Positions 44,968-58,998 of a DNA stretch of 64,000 nt are shown in pieces; position 1 is the stretch's first letter, and each line of letters begins with the position of its first letter. Origin of the DNA: Eledone cirrhosa. Lineage: Eukaryota. Below the pieces are notes generated by a model. That model was not told the origin of the DNA, did not search any database, and saw only the letters and a list, made by a program, of their open reading frames with translations. The stretch is from the NCBI GenBank assembly GCA_964016885.1, contig OZ024757.1:30938001-31002000 (forward strand), read 5' to 3'. The position numbers and the translations under genes were made by a program.

Positions 44968-45247
44968 TTAAACAGAGTGGTTACCGGTGTGTATATACAT
45001 GTATAGACTAAAATAAAACTACTTCAGTCATATTACACAATAAATAGCTCAAGTACTATACAGGCTAAAAACTATAATTTATAGAGCTTCATTTACACAA
45101 ATTATATTTAGGTGTAATAATGTATATTATTTCATGCAAAAAATAACTTTTAAAATAAAAATATAATTTCACCTACAAATCGTGCTTATATTGCAGTTTC
45201 GTTCAACAGAGAAAAAGATACTAATTAAGAGATAATTTATTAATAAA

Positions 45248-45282
<35 letters not shown>

Positions 45283-45756
45283 TCAGCGTTTAATGTCTAA
45301 GTTCCACGCTAGCATGCGTTTGATTGGCTGTCCCATTTGAGACAAGTCAGGTTAAGTGACCATGCCTTGCTCATTCTGAACTATTCCTGGCTTAGTTTCT
45401 ATGGCTAGAAGCCCTTCCTAACACCAACAACATTTACTGTGTGTACTGGGTGCTTTTTGTTGTGACACCTACACAACCACTTTACAGTGTGTACTGAGTG
45501 CTTTTTTTTAAATTTATATATTACTTTCTTTTTTTTCAGCAGTTCACCACCACCATCACACCACCAATTCTTTTCTTGTGAAAAAGAGATTCTACCCTCA
45601 AAATGACATGCCATATAAGGTAAAAATGTTAATTCTTTTCTTGTTCTGTTTTTTCTTTTTACTTTACTCTTGTTTACACTCTTGTATATCTAACTTGCAT
45701 TGTACGAACTTTCCTTGAAACAATCTTAACCACATATATGATAATACTTTATAGAC

Positions 45757-46603
45757 CAGTAGTTTCTAACCTTTTGTGCCCCATATCTCACCTCAACACC
45801 TCAAACATTTTTAGTGTACAATAACACATGTGGAGGAGGTGAGGCAGGAGTTTCTGACAGTAATGTCTACCAAAGTTGCCTTGGTATAGGTGATGCCAGA
45901 TGTACAATAACACATGTGGAGGAGGTGAGACAGGAGTTTCTGACAGTAATGTCTACCAAAGTTACCTTGGTATAGGTGATGTCAGATGTACAATAACATG
46001 TGGAGGAGGTGAGACAGGAGTTTCTGACAGTAATGTCTACCAAAGTTACCTTGGTAACGGTGATGTCAGGTGTACAATAACACATGTGGAGGAGGTGAGA
46101 CAGGAGTTTCTGACAGTAATGTCTACCAAAGTTACCTTGGTATAGGTGGTGTCAGATGTACAATAACACATGTGGAGGAGGTGAGACAGGAGTTTCTGAC
46201 AGTAATGTCTACCAAAGTTACCTTGGTATAGGTGATGTCAGATGTACAATAACACATGTGGAGGAGGTGAGACAGGAGTTTCTGACAGTAATGTCTACCA
46301 AAGTTGCCTTGGTATAGGTGGTGTCAGATGTACAATAACACATGTGGAGGAGGTGAGACAGGAGCTTCTGACACTAATGTCTACCAAAGTTACCTTGGTA
46401 TAGGTGATGTCAGGTGTACAATAACATGAGTGGAGGAGGTGAGACAGGAGTTCCCAACCATAATTTGTTCCCAAGTAGCCGAGGTGTAAAAATAATAAAG
46501 CAAAACCTGAAGTTTGCTCTTATTAACATCATTTTCAAATTACCCCCCTTGAATATTCAAATTGCTCCCCTGTGGGGCATATGCCTTACGTTGGGAACTA
46601 CTG
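45757..46603. mobile_element. Non-autonomous hAT (Charlie-type) element carrying an internal ~86-bp tandem array (45815-46452, ~7 copies)
   Basis: Termini CAGTAGTTTCTAAC / GTTGGGAACTACTG, flanked by a perfect 8-bp direct repeat TTATAGAC (45749-45756, 46604-46611). Confidence 0.8.
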
Positions 46604-46856
46604 TTATAGACTATACATTCCTGCTGGCATTTCTGTTCACTTTTTTCCCCACTTCCTGTAGAGCTTTACTCAACCTATGAAACTATTATTTATAGTTATT
46701 TACATTGTGGCAGCTGCCCAAAAGTAAAATCAAACATATCTTAAAATATATATATTTTAAGACTTTTTTCTAACTATATCAACTGTTAAACTAATATATC
46801 TTCTTTGTAGTAGTCTACCATTTGCTGTGTTGTTGTCTGTTTACTTTTCACACACG

Positions 46857-46898
<42 letters not shown>

Positions 46899-49348
46899 TA
46901 CACAAGCATACATACACACACAAATATACATACACACATGCATACAGACAAACATACATACACACACACATGCACATGCACACACATCCACAGAAACATA
47001 CACACACACACACACACACACATACATACACACAAACATACATACACACAAACACACATATACACATACACACACATGCACACAAACACACAAACATACT
47101 TACACGCACACACGCACATACACACACATACATACATACACACAAACATACATACACACACACATGCTTACACACACACACATATATACACATACACACA
47201 AACACACTTGCACACACACACGCACACATACAAACATACACACAAACATACTTACACACATACACACACACATATACATATACACACATACACATGCACA
47301 CTTGCACATACACACATATAGCCACACATACACACATATAGCCACACATACACACATACACACACACACACACACATTGTACATCAGCACTAAACTGTGT
47401 TAATCTGTTTTTACCTATTTAACAAGACAGTTATCGTCATTTTACAGTAATATATATATATATTTTTTTCAGACATTTACAAAACTATATCACCACCACC
47501 ACCACTACCATCTCCATCATCACCACCACCCTCATCACCTGAACCATCACTGCCACCACCACCACCACCACCACCACTGCCACCTCCATCATCACCACCA
47601 CTGCCACCTCCATCATCACCACCACCCTCATCACCACCACCCTCATCACCACCACCATCACTACCACCACCACCACCACTGCCACCTCCATCATCACCAC
47701 CACCCTCATCACCTGAACCATCATCACCACCACCATCACTACCACCACCACCACCACTGCCACCTCCATCATCACCACCACCCTCATCACCTGAACCATC
47801 ATCACCACCACCATCACTACCACTACAACCACCACTGCCACCTCCATCATCACCACCACCACTACCGCCACCTCCATCATCACCACTACCACCACCCTCA
47901 TCACCATCGCCATCACCGCCACCTCCATCATCACCACCCCCACTCCCACCACCATCATCATCACTGTTATATATATACATTTTCTTTTCTTTTTTCAGAC
48001 AATTATAAAACTATATCAACACCACCACCACCACCACCACCACACCACAACCACTTCCACTACCATCACCACCACCACTACCATCACTACCACCACCACC
48101 ACCACTACCATCACTACCATCACCACCACCACGAACCACTACCACCACTACCACTACCACTACCATCACTACCACCACCACCACCACCACCCATTCTCTG
48201 TCTATTCCAATTGCAATTAGTAAGAGATTTTTGGTAGATATGGAACATTGGAGAACTTAAAAGTCTGAGACCAATTAGTCAGGCTACAAGATAATTTCAA
48301 ATCAATAGGAGACAAAACAGCAACAACAACAACATCATAATTATTATCACCACCACCATCACTAGCAATAACACAACCACCACCACCACCATCACTAGCA
48401 ATAACACCACCACCACCACCGCCACCAACACTAGCAATAACACCACCACCACCACCGCCACCATCGCTAGCAATAACACCACCACCACCACCACCATCAC
48501 TAGCAATAACACCACCACCACCACCATCACTAGCAATAACACCACCACCATCACTAGCAATAACACCACCACCACCACCATCACTAGCAATAACACCACC
48601 ACCACCACCGCCACCATCACTAGCAATAACACCACCACCACCACCACCAACAACATCAACACCAGACCACTTCAAAACCACACTACCACCACCACCACCA
48701 CCAACAACACCAACACCACACCACATCAAAACCACAACCACCACAACCAACAACAACATCAACACCACACCACTATCACCACCACCACCATCAACAACAA
48801 CAGCATCAACACCACACCGCATCAAAACCACACTACTACCACCACAACCACCACCACCATCAACAACAACAACAACAACATTGACGACAATAAGAATGAT
48901 AAACAAGAATTAACCCCCCCCCCCCAAAAAAAAAAAAACAACAACAAAAGACAAAACGAAATTAAAAAAATTATCACATTAAAGAAATCAACATGGAAGA
49001 CATATTTGTTGGTCAATGTCTTCTTCAACCATTGTTTTAAGCCTTTCATTATTTGTGGTGTATTCTTAGCAAGTTGTTCCAACAGTTAATGATTGGTTAG
49101 TTCAATGCCTTCCACCAGAAACAACCACAGGAAGTCTCTGTCAAATCAACCAATGAAAGGTTGTCGTCTGTCTTTCGTTCACTTCTTCTGTCTTTTGTGT
49201 CTTCTCTCTCTCTCTCTGTCCCTCTCTCACTCTCTCCATCTCTCTCTGTGACATTACCATGTTTATAAATTTCTAATGAAAGCTTCAGACTTCTATAATT
49301 TACTAAGAATTTTAAAAATAACCAAGAATTTGAAAGGATTTAGTAATA

Positions 49349-49524
49349 CAGGTAAAATTCTGTTATAACGAATATCATTATAATAAATTTTTCAGTACAA
49401 CAACATTTTTTTCAATCCCCGGCCACACGCTCGATGTGTCAGGTCGATCTCTTTATAAAGAATTTTTCGTTACAACAAATTTTTTTTTACACCCCGCGAA
49501 TTTCGTTTTAACTTAATTTCACCG
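49349..49524. mobile_element. Degraded pogo/Tigger-like MITE
   Basis: TA-CAGGTAAAATTCTGTTATAACGAA...TTCGTTTTAACTTAATTTCACCG-TA imperfect inverted termini with internal gttacaac/gttataac repeats. Confidence 0.5.
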
Positions 49525-49767
49525 TATATAACCTTAACTTTGTCATTATCAAATTAGTGTTTGGAACATAACTTAACAAAGGGTTATATAAAAACATTAT
49601 TTCCGTTTACGCCTTGCCTGTCACCTCAATCTTTCTATTTCTTCTGATGAAGCACTAGCGTCCGAAATGTTAAGACTCTCTTCCTGCTATTTCAAGCATT
49701 AAACTAATATATTCCTTCCATGTACTGTGTCATTTGCTTTGTTATTTTTGTTACTTTTTTTACCTTT

Positions 49768-49819
<52 letters not shown>

Positions 49820-49821
<2 letters not shown>

Positions 49822-50165
49822 ATATTAATTCAAAATATTAATAAATATGTGATCAAATATATTTTATTATATATATTTCAGAGATACTGTGCTGTTTCCT
49901 CAGTACGTCCTCATCAGATAAAATAAATTGATGTCTGACATACCTCAACCGTGCTGATGGTTCAATTCCAGTCTTGGCAGAATTGATGATGTTGGTGCCA
50001 AGACTGGAATTGAACCATCAGCACAGTTGAGGTATGTCAGACATCAATTTATTTTATCTGATGAGGATGTACTGAGGAAACAGCACAGTATCTCTGAAAT
50101 ATGTATAATAAAATATATTTGATCACATGAATGTCTATATTTATTAATATTTTGAATTAATATTA
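49820..50165. mobile_element. Fold-back palindrome (~160-bp arms, 16-nt spacer) with a hammerhead in each arm (49860-49925 minus, 50050-50115 plus)
   Basis: Arms ...gtcttggca / tgccaagac...; right arm TATTTTAT-CTGATGA-ggatgtactg...cagtatctct-GAAA-TATGTA-TA-ATAAAATA. Confidence 0.75.
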
Positions 50166-50256
50166 ATAACTCCAGAAAACTTCTTTGTTGAGTGCTTCTA
50201 ATCTATTGTAAAACTATATTCATTGATTAATCAATGAACCTTGTTTAACTTTTGGT

Positions 50257-50337
<81 letters not shown>

Positions 50338-50565
50338 ATGTGTAAAGAATGTGATCAAGTGCAGAGATACTATAAAGAAAGCTTATAAATAGAGTGAAGA
50401 CCCTTAAAAGATGTAAAAAGAAGCATCCATTGCTTGCTATCAACCCCATATCTTGGAATCTGGAAGATATGGGGTTCAATTCCTTATAGCAGCAAATTGC
50501 AACTTATTTTTCCGTATTTTTTCCATCTACACATGGGTCTTCTTTAGGTTGGTTTTGCTCTTAAA

Positions 50566-51350
50566 ATCTGTCCAGCGATTCTTTTCTGAGACATTCTAAC
50601 CACATGTCTGTAATATCTGAACTATGATCTCTCAATTCAGAGAAGTAGCAGCTCTACCTGGAGTGACTCTCTGATCTGTCCAGCGATTCTTTTCTGAGAC
50701 ATTCTAACCACATGTCTGTAATATCTGAACTATGATCTCTCAATTCAGAGAAGTAGCAGCTCTACCTGGAGTGACTCTCTGATCTGTCCAGCGATTCTTT
50801 TCTGAGACATTCTAACCACATGTCTGTAATATCTGAACTATGATCTCTCAATTCAGAGAAGTAGCAGCTCTACCTGGAGTGACTCTCTGATCTGTCCAGC
50901 GATTCTTTTCTGAGACATTCTAATCACATGTCTGTAATATCTGAACAATGATCACTCAATTCAGAGAAGTAGCAGCTCTATCTGAAGTGACTCTCTGATC
51001 TCCGAGCTACAAATCTGTTCAGTGATTCTTTCCTGAGACATGCTAACCACATTTCTGTAATATATGAATTGTCATTTCTCAATTCAGAGAAGTAGCAGCT
51101 CTACCTGGAGTGATTCTCTGATCTCCGAGCTACAAATCCGTCCATCGATTCTTTCCTGAGACATTCTAACCACATGTCTCTAATATCTGAGCTTTGAGCT
51201 CTCAATTCAGAGAAGCAACAGCTCTACCTGGAGTGACTCTCTGATCTCTGAGCTACAAATCTGTCCAGCGATTCTTTCCTGAGACATTCTAACCATATGC
51301 CTGTAATATCGGAGCTGTGATCTCTCAATTCAGAGAAGTAGCAGCTCTAT
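50566..51350. repeat. 109-123-bp tandem repeat, ~7 copies
   Basis: tctgtccagcgattcttttctgagacattctaaccacatg...ggagtgactctctga. Confidence 0.9.
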
Positions 51351-51829
51351 TGGAGCCTATGATATGACATAACAGAGTAATTTCCCCTTACTTGTACATG
51401 TTTTATTTATTCCATTTTGTACATATAAACACAATTTATGTAATATATATAATAAATATGAAATATTCAAAAGAGACAAATCAATAGAGATCAATCAAAG
51501 AAAAAGAAAGTAACTAAATACTATAAATAAGAGGAAAAGGAGGGAAAGGATGAGGATTATTCAGTAAAGAAAGAAAGGGGGAAGAGGAGAGGGTGACAGA
51601 CTCTACACCTAAGACAGAGTGGTGTTTAGGGTTGCGTTCTGTGGACAACATGGCAAAGGCATTGCTGCGGACACTGGCCACCGATGCTTTTCTTTCTCTA
51701 TAGCCCCACGCCTCACCCCTCCACCCGTCATCTCCCAGTCCACCCTGACACACCCCACCTTGACACATCCCACCCTAACCACTGAAAAATTAAAAAAATT
51801 CAATGACAGACAAAACAGCGAAAAACAAA

Positions 51830-52320
51830 ACAAAATCAATCAAATGAATCCAAACAAAATCAATCAATTAATCAATCAAACAAAATGAATCAATCAACGA
51901 AATTCAAACAAAATGAATCAAAATCAATCAAATGAAATCAATGAATTTCAATCAATCAAACAAAATCAGTCAAACATAATCAAACGAAATCAATCAAACA
52001 AAATCAATCACTCAAAATCAATCAAAGAAATTCAAACAAAATCAATCAAACAAAATAAATCGATCAAAATCAACCAAACAAAATCAAACGAAATCAATGA
52101 AATAAAATCAATGAAATGAAATCAATGAATCAAAATCTATCAAACAAAATCAATCGATATCAATCAAACAAAATCAATCAATCAAAAAAAATCAATCAAA
52201 CAAAACCAGCCAATCAATGAAACGAAATCAATAAAATCAAATCATACAAAATCAATCAAATAAAATTAGTCAATGAATCAATGAAATCAAATCAATGAAT
52301 CAATGAAATAAGATCAATAA
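51830..52320. repeat. (aatc/aaac)-rich degenerate satellite
   Basis: Composition. Confidence 0.8.
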
Positions 52321-52335
52321 AATTGCAGTACATAC

Positions 52336-52434
52336 GTCTATCATGTGTTGAGGTTCAAGACAGATCATTTCATTGGTTGCAATATCATCTGCTGGGATTC
52401 CATTGAGAGAGTACTCACAATCCAATGCAGCCAT
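52336..52434 (-). CDS. Candidate first coding exon (MAALDCEYSLNGIPADDIATNEMICLEPQHMID), possibly of a rhomboid-like gene
   Basis: Unique-sequence island; ATG in gaagATGG context, 33 open codons ending phase 0 at a GTATGT donor; polypyrimidine-TTACAG acceptor upstream at ~52838. Confidence 0.45.
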
Positions 52435-52921
52435 CTTCACCTATACAGTCGTTATCTAAACATCTAGTCATGTCTACACATCACACTACACTACTAACAC
52501 ACACCTCTCTCTCTTTATATATAGTCAGGTGGAACTTTCTGGTCGGTACATATGGTTGGAGAGAGAGAGAAAGAGCCCCCTTTCTTTTATATGTTGTTAT
52601 GTTACTGTTGTTGTTGTGGTTACTATTGTTGTTGTTACTGTTAATGTTTTTGTTACTCTTGTTTTTACTAACGTTGTTGTTACTGTTGTTGTTGTCGACG
52701 GTATGGTATAATATAATTTTTACAATAGTATTTGTTGGTATTATTGTTATAATTATTGCATCTATTGTTGTTGTTATGTTGTTGTTATCAGTACTGTTGT
52801 AATATCCTTATTGCACTGGTGCCATACTGTAAAAAACCTGTAAAAAACAAACAAAGACATCATTAGCCATATTTCTAATGAAATACGCTCTCTCTTACTA
52901 ACATTATTATTTCATTATCAA

Positions 52922-53116
52922 GGGTGGTGGATTGGCAGTATTGGTAGAGAGTCGGACGCCATGCTTTGCAGCATAGAGTTATGGCCCTTGCCATTCTGAG
53001 TTCAAATCCCGCCGAGGTTAACTTTGCCTTTTATCCTTACGGGGGTCGATAAAATAAAGTACCAGTAATACACTGGGATAATTGCTGGCCTTGTGCCAAA
53101 AGTAGAAACAATTATT
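52922..53116 (+). mobile_element. tRNA-derived SINE family B
   Basis: ggtggattggcagtattggtag...GAGTTCAAATCC...gataaaataaagtaccagt...ggccttgtgccaaaagtagaaacaatt. Other copies: ~4912-5116 (+), ~29888-30095 (+), ~44062-44238 (-), partial at ~29630-29800, ~43548-43975, ~53300-53470 (-). Confidence 0.8.
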
Positions 53117-54569
53117 TCATTATCAAGATAGTAATATCAATATAACTTCACATATAGTATGTTGAAAGATTTTAATTTAGATAGGGATAGGATAGATTTT
53201 AATTTAGATAGAGGCTCCGTCATACGGTGTGTCTAGGACACTTTTAAACCTAGCGGAGCCCAACCCTCTCCAGGTCTGAACACAGCCGATTTTTTTCTAT
53301 ACAGGAAGAATCGACTCCAGCACTGGACTGGTACTTTTTTTATCGACCTCGAAAGGATGAAAGGCAAAGTTGACCTCGGTGGGATTTCAACTCAGAGAGT
53401 GCAATAAGGTGGGATGAATACTGTAAAGCATTCTATCCGATGTCTTAACGACTCTGCCAATTCACCGCCTTTACATAGGAACTCTGCAAAAATGGATGAT
53501 TTTGATTCATAGAACCAGAAACAGTTTTGGGTAGGTTGGTCTTAAAAGGTTCACATTCAGGTCTTATATAAAATTATGCTGGAAGATTCTAATTTAAATA
53601 GGAACTCTTTAAAATGGGTGGTTTTGTTTTATAGAACCAGAGCTGGTTTTGGCCAGGTTAGTATCAAAAGGATTAAAATAGTATTTGGGCAGATTTACTA
53701 AAATTATTATTTCATTGCTAAGATAGTAACTTAAGATATGGTTCTTATATAAAATTATGCTATAATATAAAAGATTTTGATTTATATAGGAACCCTTTAT
53801 AATATTGCGTTGAGGTTGGGGTTGTGTTATAGAAATAGATCTGGATTTTAGCCAGGTCTGTATCAAAAGGGTTAAATGAATTAGTTATATGAAAGACACA
53901 AGTGAAGCAGTGATGAATAGAAGACATGAATGAATGAGTAAATAAATGAATGAATGAGTAAATAAATGAATGAATGAGCAAATGAGATGTAGAATAAAAG
54001 AGTGAGGGTGGATAGGATGGTCGGTGGAGCATCTGGCAGTGTGTGGGGGGGGGGGGTTCAGTGATGATAACAGCTACTAGAGGGTCTATAACTGAAGTGT
54101 CAGTATCAAAATTTAGGGTATGTATCTAGAGTGGTAGAGTGGGAGAATGGGTGGGTGGTGACCCTGGGTGGAGTGTGGATGTTAGGACTTAGGAGGAGTG
54201 GAAGTGACCCTGGATAGAGTAGGGTTGGGGATGTGCTGCGATACTGAGAATAGCTACCACATGGGGAGGGCTGGTGGTTTGTAGGTGGTGTGGTAAGGGT
54301 AAAGACCCCCTTCGATTACAAATGATCTTGGGATTTGAACCTCGAAAGTTGCCCTTCGAGGCACAAATCCAGGCGAGGATGTTTGTGAAAGACCAGCAGT
54401 CACCCATGCATACCAGTCTCCCCTCTCCATGCCACCGATGTTGTCCAGGGGAAACGCAATGGCTGATACAGCTTAGCACCAGTGACATCACAACTCATAT
54501 ATACACTGTACATACACTATATATACATTATATATACACTATATGTGATGTTGTCTAAGGCTGATACAG

Positions 54570-54735
54570 CTTGGCACCAGTGATGTTGCAACTCATTTCT
54601 ACAGCTGAGTGAACTGGAGCAATGTGAAATAAAGTGTCTTGTTCAAGGACACAATGCATCACCTGGTCTGAGAATCAAACTCACAACCACACAATTGTAA
54701 GCCCGATGCTCTAACCACCAAGCCATGCACCTTCA
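54570..54735 (-). mobile_element. Diverged SINE family A-related head; continues leftwards into ~54300
   Basis: catttctacagctgagtgaactggagcaatgtgaaataaagtgtcttg...ctctaaccaccaagccatg; similar older copy at ~57010-57147. Confidence 0.65.
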
Positions 54736-54849
54736 CAAGGTGGGGTGGTTATGGGGCAGTAATAATAAGTATAGCTGGTAAGGGGTGATAGCTGAAGGGT
54801 GGAGCAATACTTGGGAGCGGGGGTCATATCAAGTTTTAGATTGGTAGGC

Positions 54850-55790
54850 AGGTCTTCACCAAAACAGCATGTCCCCAACCCTTGCAATCCTTTGGCATCT
54901 CTGTTGTGAGGTTCAACTCCTCAACCCTTTAGCATTTACATTATTCTATATGTACTATTGTATTTTCATGGTAAAGGCTTTATTTCACATAATTATCTCA
55001 CATAATATCGAATCTATGAGATTCTGGTATTATCTATTTTGAGAACAATACCTTAATGTCAGTATGAGTGGCCAGTTACAGCCAGCTTGAACAGAAAGAG
55101 ATGAGAGAATTCTGGCTGGATATAGCTGGTTTAAATGCTAAAGGGTTAAGGTCAGCCCTCATTATCTGATCCCATGTCATCTTGGGTCTGCCTCTTCCAG
55201 GAGTTCCTTCCACAGAGGTTTCTCTGCATTTCTTTATGCAGCTGCCATCTTCAGTTTGCATCACATGTCCATACCAATGCAGACTTCCTTCTTGCACACT
55301 ACATCCAATTCTTCTTATGCAGAGTTTTTCTGTCAACTCACTCTTGCTACTTCATTCATGAACAATAACATTATACATCCATTGAAGCATACTTGTTTCA
55401 TTTTTGTTGTTTAAGCCTTCCCAGATCTTCTGCAACCAGGGCCCATGTTTCAGTGCCATGTAGCATTGCAGTTTGCATGCATGTATCATACAGTTGACCT
55501 TTCACTCTGACCGAGAAACCCTTCTTTGTCAGCAGAAGTAACTGCTTTCACCCTGGCTATCACATTTTGAGAGCATCCTCCCCCCATTGTGGATTAGGTC
55601 ACCTTCACCTAGATAACAAAAGCTGTTAACAATTTCTAAGGAGCTTCCCCTGGAAATTAAGGGCATTTATTTCACATGTACTTTACTAGTACTTATATCT
55701 CCTATGTAGCTGCCACATATAAAGTGTATTTTCTGTATTAACCTGCCTGCAATCCCATTATATCTCATGTGTGTCCAGAGATTACACTGT
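54850..55790 (-). mobile_element. Degraded RTE LINE fragment
   Basis: ORF 55076-55336 LHWYGHVMQ...CIKKC...GRGRPKMTWDQ. Confidence 0.75.
54925..55145. mobile_element. piggyBac-like MITE, copy 4, nested in an RTE LINE fragment
   Basis: tcaa-CCCTTTAGCATTTA...TAAATGCTAAAGGG-TTAA interrupting LINE sequence. Confidence 0.8.
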
Positions 55791-55815
55791 GTGCACCTTA
55801 TGCAATTTCTGCCCA

Positions 55816-55853
<38 letters not shown>

Positions 55854-56239
55854 TAGAGAGAGTTAGAGAGAGAAAGAAAGAGTTAGGAAGGAAACTATCA
55901 CCTAGTGGTTGTCACTTGATAGTCATATTATATTATATAGATATGTATATACATATCTATATAATAAATCATAATCTCCTTTGTGGGTGAGTGTATGTAT
56001 GTATATATAACGTGTGTGAGTGTATATATGTATATATAATGTGCGTGAGTGTATATATGTATATATAATGTGCGTGAGTGTATATATGTATATATAATGT
56101 GTGTGAGTGTATATATGTATATATATAATGTGTGTGAGTGTATATATGTATATATATAATGTGTGTGAGTGTATATATGTATATATATAATGTGTGTGAG
56201 TGTATATATGTATATATAATGTGTGTGAATGTATGTATG

Positions 56240-56277
<38 letters not shown>

Positions 56278-56511
56278 AAATACTGAAGGTGAAAAAGCAC
56301 TGAAGTATATTTAAAGATTATTTTTTTCTTTAACCCGACAAAATGAATAATTTTATAACTGGTTTCCATTGGTAACAACCTTATCAAATATTAAATATTT
56401 AAAAAAAAACGTCTTTTCATATATTCTGTAAGCAATTTGAATATATGTGAATTCTCTGTTGAAAATTCTGCTGATATATATGTTTTTTACGAAGATGTGG
56501 TGGTATATATA

Positions 56512-56594
56512 CAGGGTGTCCCCCCAAAAAAAATGTATAAATATATTTATTAGAATGCTGTGGAAGCATGTATACATTTTTATGGGACACCCTG
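56512..56594. mobile_element. Very short Tc1/mariner-type MITE
   Basis: TA-CAGGGTGTCCC...GGGACACCCTG-TA. Confidence 0.7.
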
Positions 56595-56714
56595 TATATA
56601 TTGGCACTCCATTAGTTACTACACTGAGTGTTCCAAATGATATGATCAATGGAAAAGCTGGCTTGTGAAATTAACATGCAAGTCGCTGAGCATTCCACAA
56701 ACATGTACTTTTAA

Positions 56715-56934
56715 CTCTTTAGCATTTAAACCGGCTATATCCGGCCAGAATTCTCTCACCTCTTTCTGTTCAAACCGGCTATAACCGGCTGCTCATACTG
56801 ATGTTAAGGTATTGTTCTCGAAATCAATATAAAAATCTCATATATTTGATATTATGTGAGATAATTATGTACGATAAAGCCTTTACCGTGAATATATAAT
56901 AGTATATATATAGAGTAATGTAAATGCTAAAGAG
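56715..56934. mobile_element. piggyBac-like MITE, copy 5
   Basis: TTAA-CTCTTTAGCATTTA...TAAATGCTAAAGAG-TTAA. Confidence 0.75.
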
Positions 56935-57148
56935 TTAACATAGTTCTCAGGGAGATTCAGCAGGACACAAAATGTGAGGAGGCTGGCCCTTCAAATTACA
57001 CATACAACTAACTCATCTTTGCCAGCTGTGTTGACTGGACCAATGTGAATTAAAGTGCCTTGCCCAAGGCCACAATGCACTGTCAGGAATCGAGCTCACA
57101 AGCTTATGATCATGAGTCGAGTATCCTAACCACTAAACCCTGCATCTT

Positions 57149-57182
<34 letters not shown>

Positions 57183-57769
57183 AACAGAGGCATGGCTCAC
57201 AAACTTATTTATATCTTTCAAAAAGCTATATTTCCTTTATACTTTATAAGCTAAACAATGTGGTACATATGTGTGTGAGTGTGTGTGTATGTGTACGTGT
57301 CTGTGCATGTGTGTATGTATGTATATATATATAGTAATAATAAATGTGAAGACTAAAATCTGAAGAGGGCTCGATAAGGATTATATATTTATATATATAT
57401 AAAAAAAAAAAAATATATATATATATATAGATATATAAAAACCCTGAAACGTTTTTCGAAATATTTACTTCTGTGTCCACAGATTGATTTTCTTTAGTTT
57501 GAGAAGATCCCGTTAAGGGCGAAAGCAGCGATTCTTTGCTTGAACTTTAATCTGTTCTTATAATAAATATATATATATAGTGAGAGAGAGAGAGAGTGAG
57601 ATATCAAGATTTTACTAGTTTTAAACTAGTATGACCATTATTCAGTAGAGGACTTGATACTTGAGATAGTAGAGTGGAGCTATATCAGAAAGAGGTGGGG
57701 CCCAGCGATTGAGCTCTTGATGTTTCAACAGCTAATTCCAGACCATATATATATATGTATATATATATG

Positions 57770-57935
57770 ATTGATCTCTGATCCTGATTTCCCTTATACC
57801 ATGTATATTTATCTATGTCCCTGTGCTGGAAGAAGGTATTCATAATAGAGAGTCCATTGCTAGAACAAAAGTCTAGTAAGGCCTCTCCATTTGTATTTTG
57901 ATCAGGGTCACCATTCCTTCCAATGATGCAATTAT
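57770..57935 (-). pseudogene. LINE apurinic-like endonuclease fragment (RTE type)
   Basis: IIGRNGDPDQNTNGEALLDFCSSNGLSIMNTFFQHRDIDKYTWY motif. Confidence 0.75.
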
Positions 57936-58079
57936 GCAAACACCCTCTGTTTATATGACAACACAAGAGCTAGAATGACAGGGTCATTCTACTGACATGG
58001 CTTAAACAAACTGCTTGCATAACTGCAAACGAATTGAATATTATTATTAATATTCGAAAAACTCAGATTACATTTCTTG

Positions 58080-58527
58080 TCATCATCATCATCGTTTAAC
58101 GTCTATCTTCCACGCTAGCATGGGTTTAGACGGGAATTGTCCTACTTGAGGCAAGATTGGTTGCCTTGCTCGTATGGGGCTGTCTGGCAGGTTTTCTACG
58201 GCTGGATGCCCTTTCTAACACCAACCACGTTTACAGTGTGGACTGGGAGGTTTTTACCGTGTTACCTACACGGCCACATTACAGCGTGGACTGTGTGTTT
58301 TTTTGTTGTGACACCTACACCGCCTCATTTATTTAGGACTGGATGTTGTGGTACCAACATAACTTTACAGAGAAAGGGGATGATGAGGGTGCGGGTGGGG
58401 GTAGTGGGAGGAGGGGGGGGGGGTGTATTTGATTAAGAGGTGCCTACTGACTGTAGGTTTCGCTTTGTACTTAGGCAAGGCGGGTTTTCTGTATTACTGC
58501 GTAACGCCAAAGATCTCGGTCCAGCGA

Positions 58528-58532
<5 letters not shown>
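58080..58532 (-). mobile_element. RTE LINE 3' end, same family as 28105-28910
   Basis: Reverse complement similarity to 28480-28910 including aagatctcggtccag and the (cat)n tail. Confidence 0.8.
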
Positions 58533-58570
<38 letters not shown>

Positions 58571-58655
58571 AAAGTTTTATTTAAAATTGTTGGGTTACAA
58601 CGAGTAAATATTTTATAACTGATATAAAAGCACTCAACAGTTTCTGGAGTAGGTT

Positions 58656-58998
58656 TACGATATTAAACAAATGGAAACTATATTTATAAAACCATATTTA
58701 TTTCATTATATATATTTCTGGGATATCATATTAAAAATATGGTATGCCTTCCTCAGACAAAATACAATACATAAGCTGTTTTATAAATAATTTTGACATA
58801 CCTTATAATAATGCAACTTCCATTTAATTTAAATGGAAGTTGCATTATTATAAGGTATGTCAAAAATTATTTATAAAACAGCTTATGTATTGTATTTTGT
58901 CTGAGGAAGGCATACCATATTTTTAATATGATATCCCAGAAATATATATAACTAAATAAATATGGTTTTATAAATATAGTTTCCATTTGTTTAATATC

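Noticed and set aside
57350-57540. Possible hammerheads (ctgaagaggg...ccctgaaacgtt; gaagatccc...gggcgaaag)
   Set aside because: Stem I does not close or the core is incomplete; at best heavily decayed.
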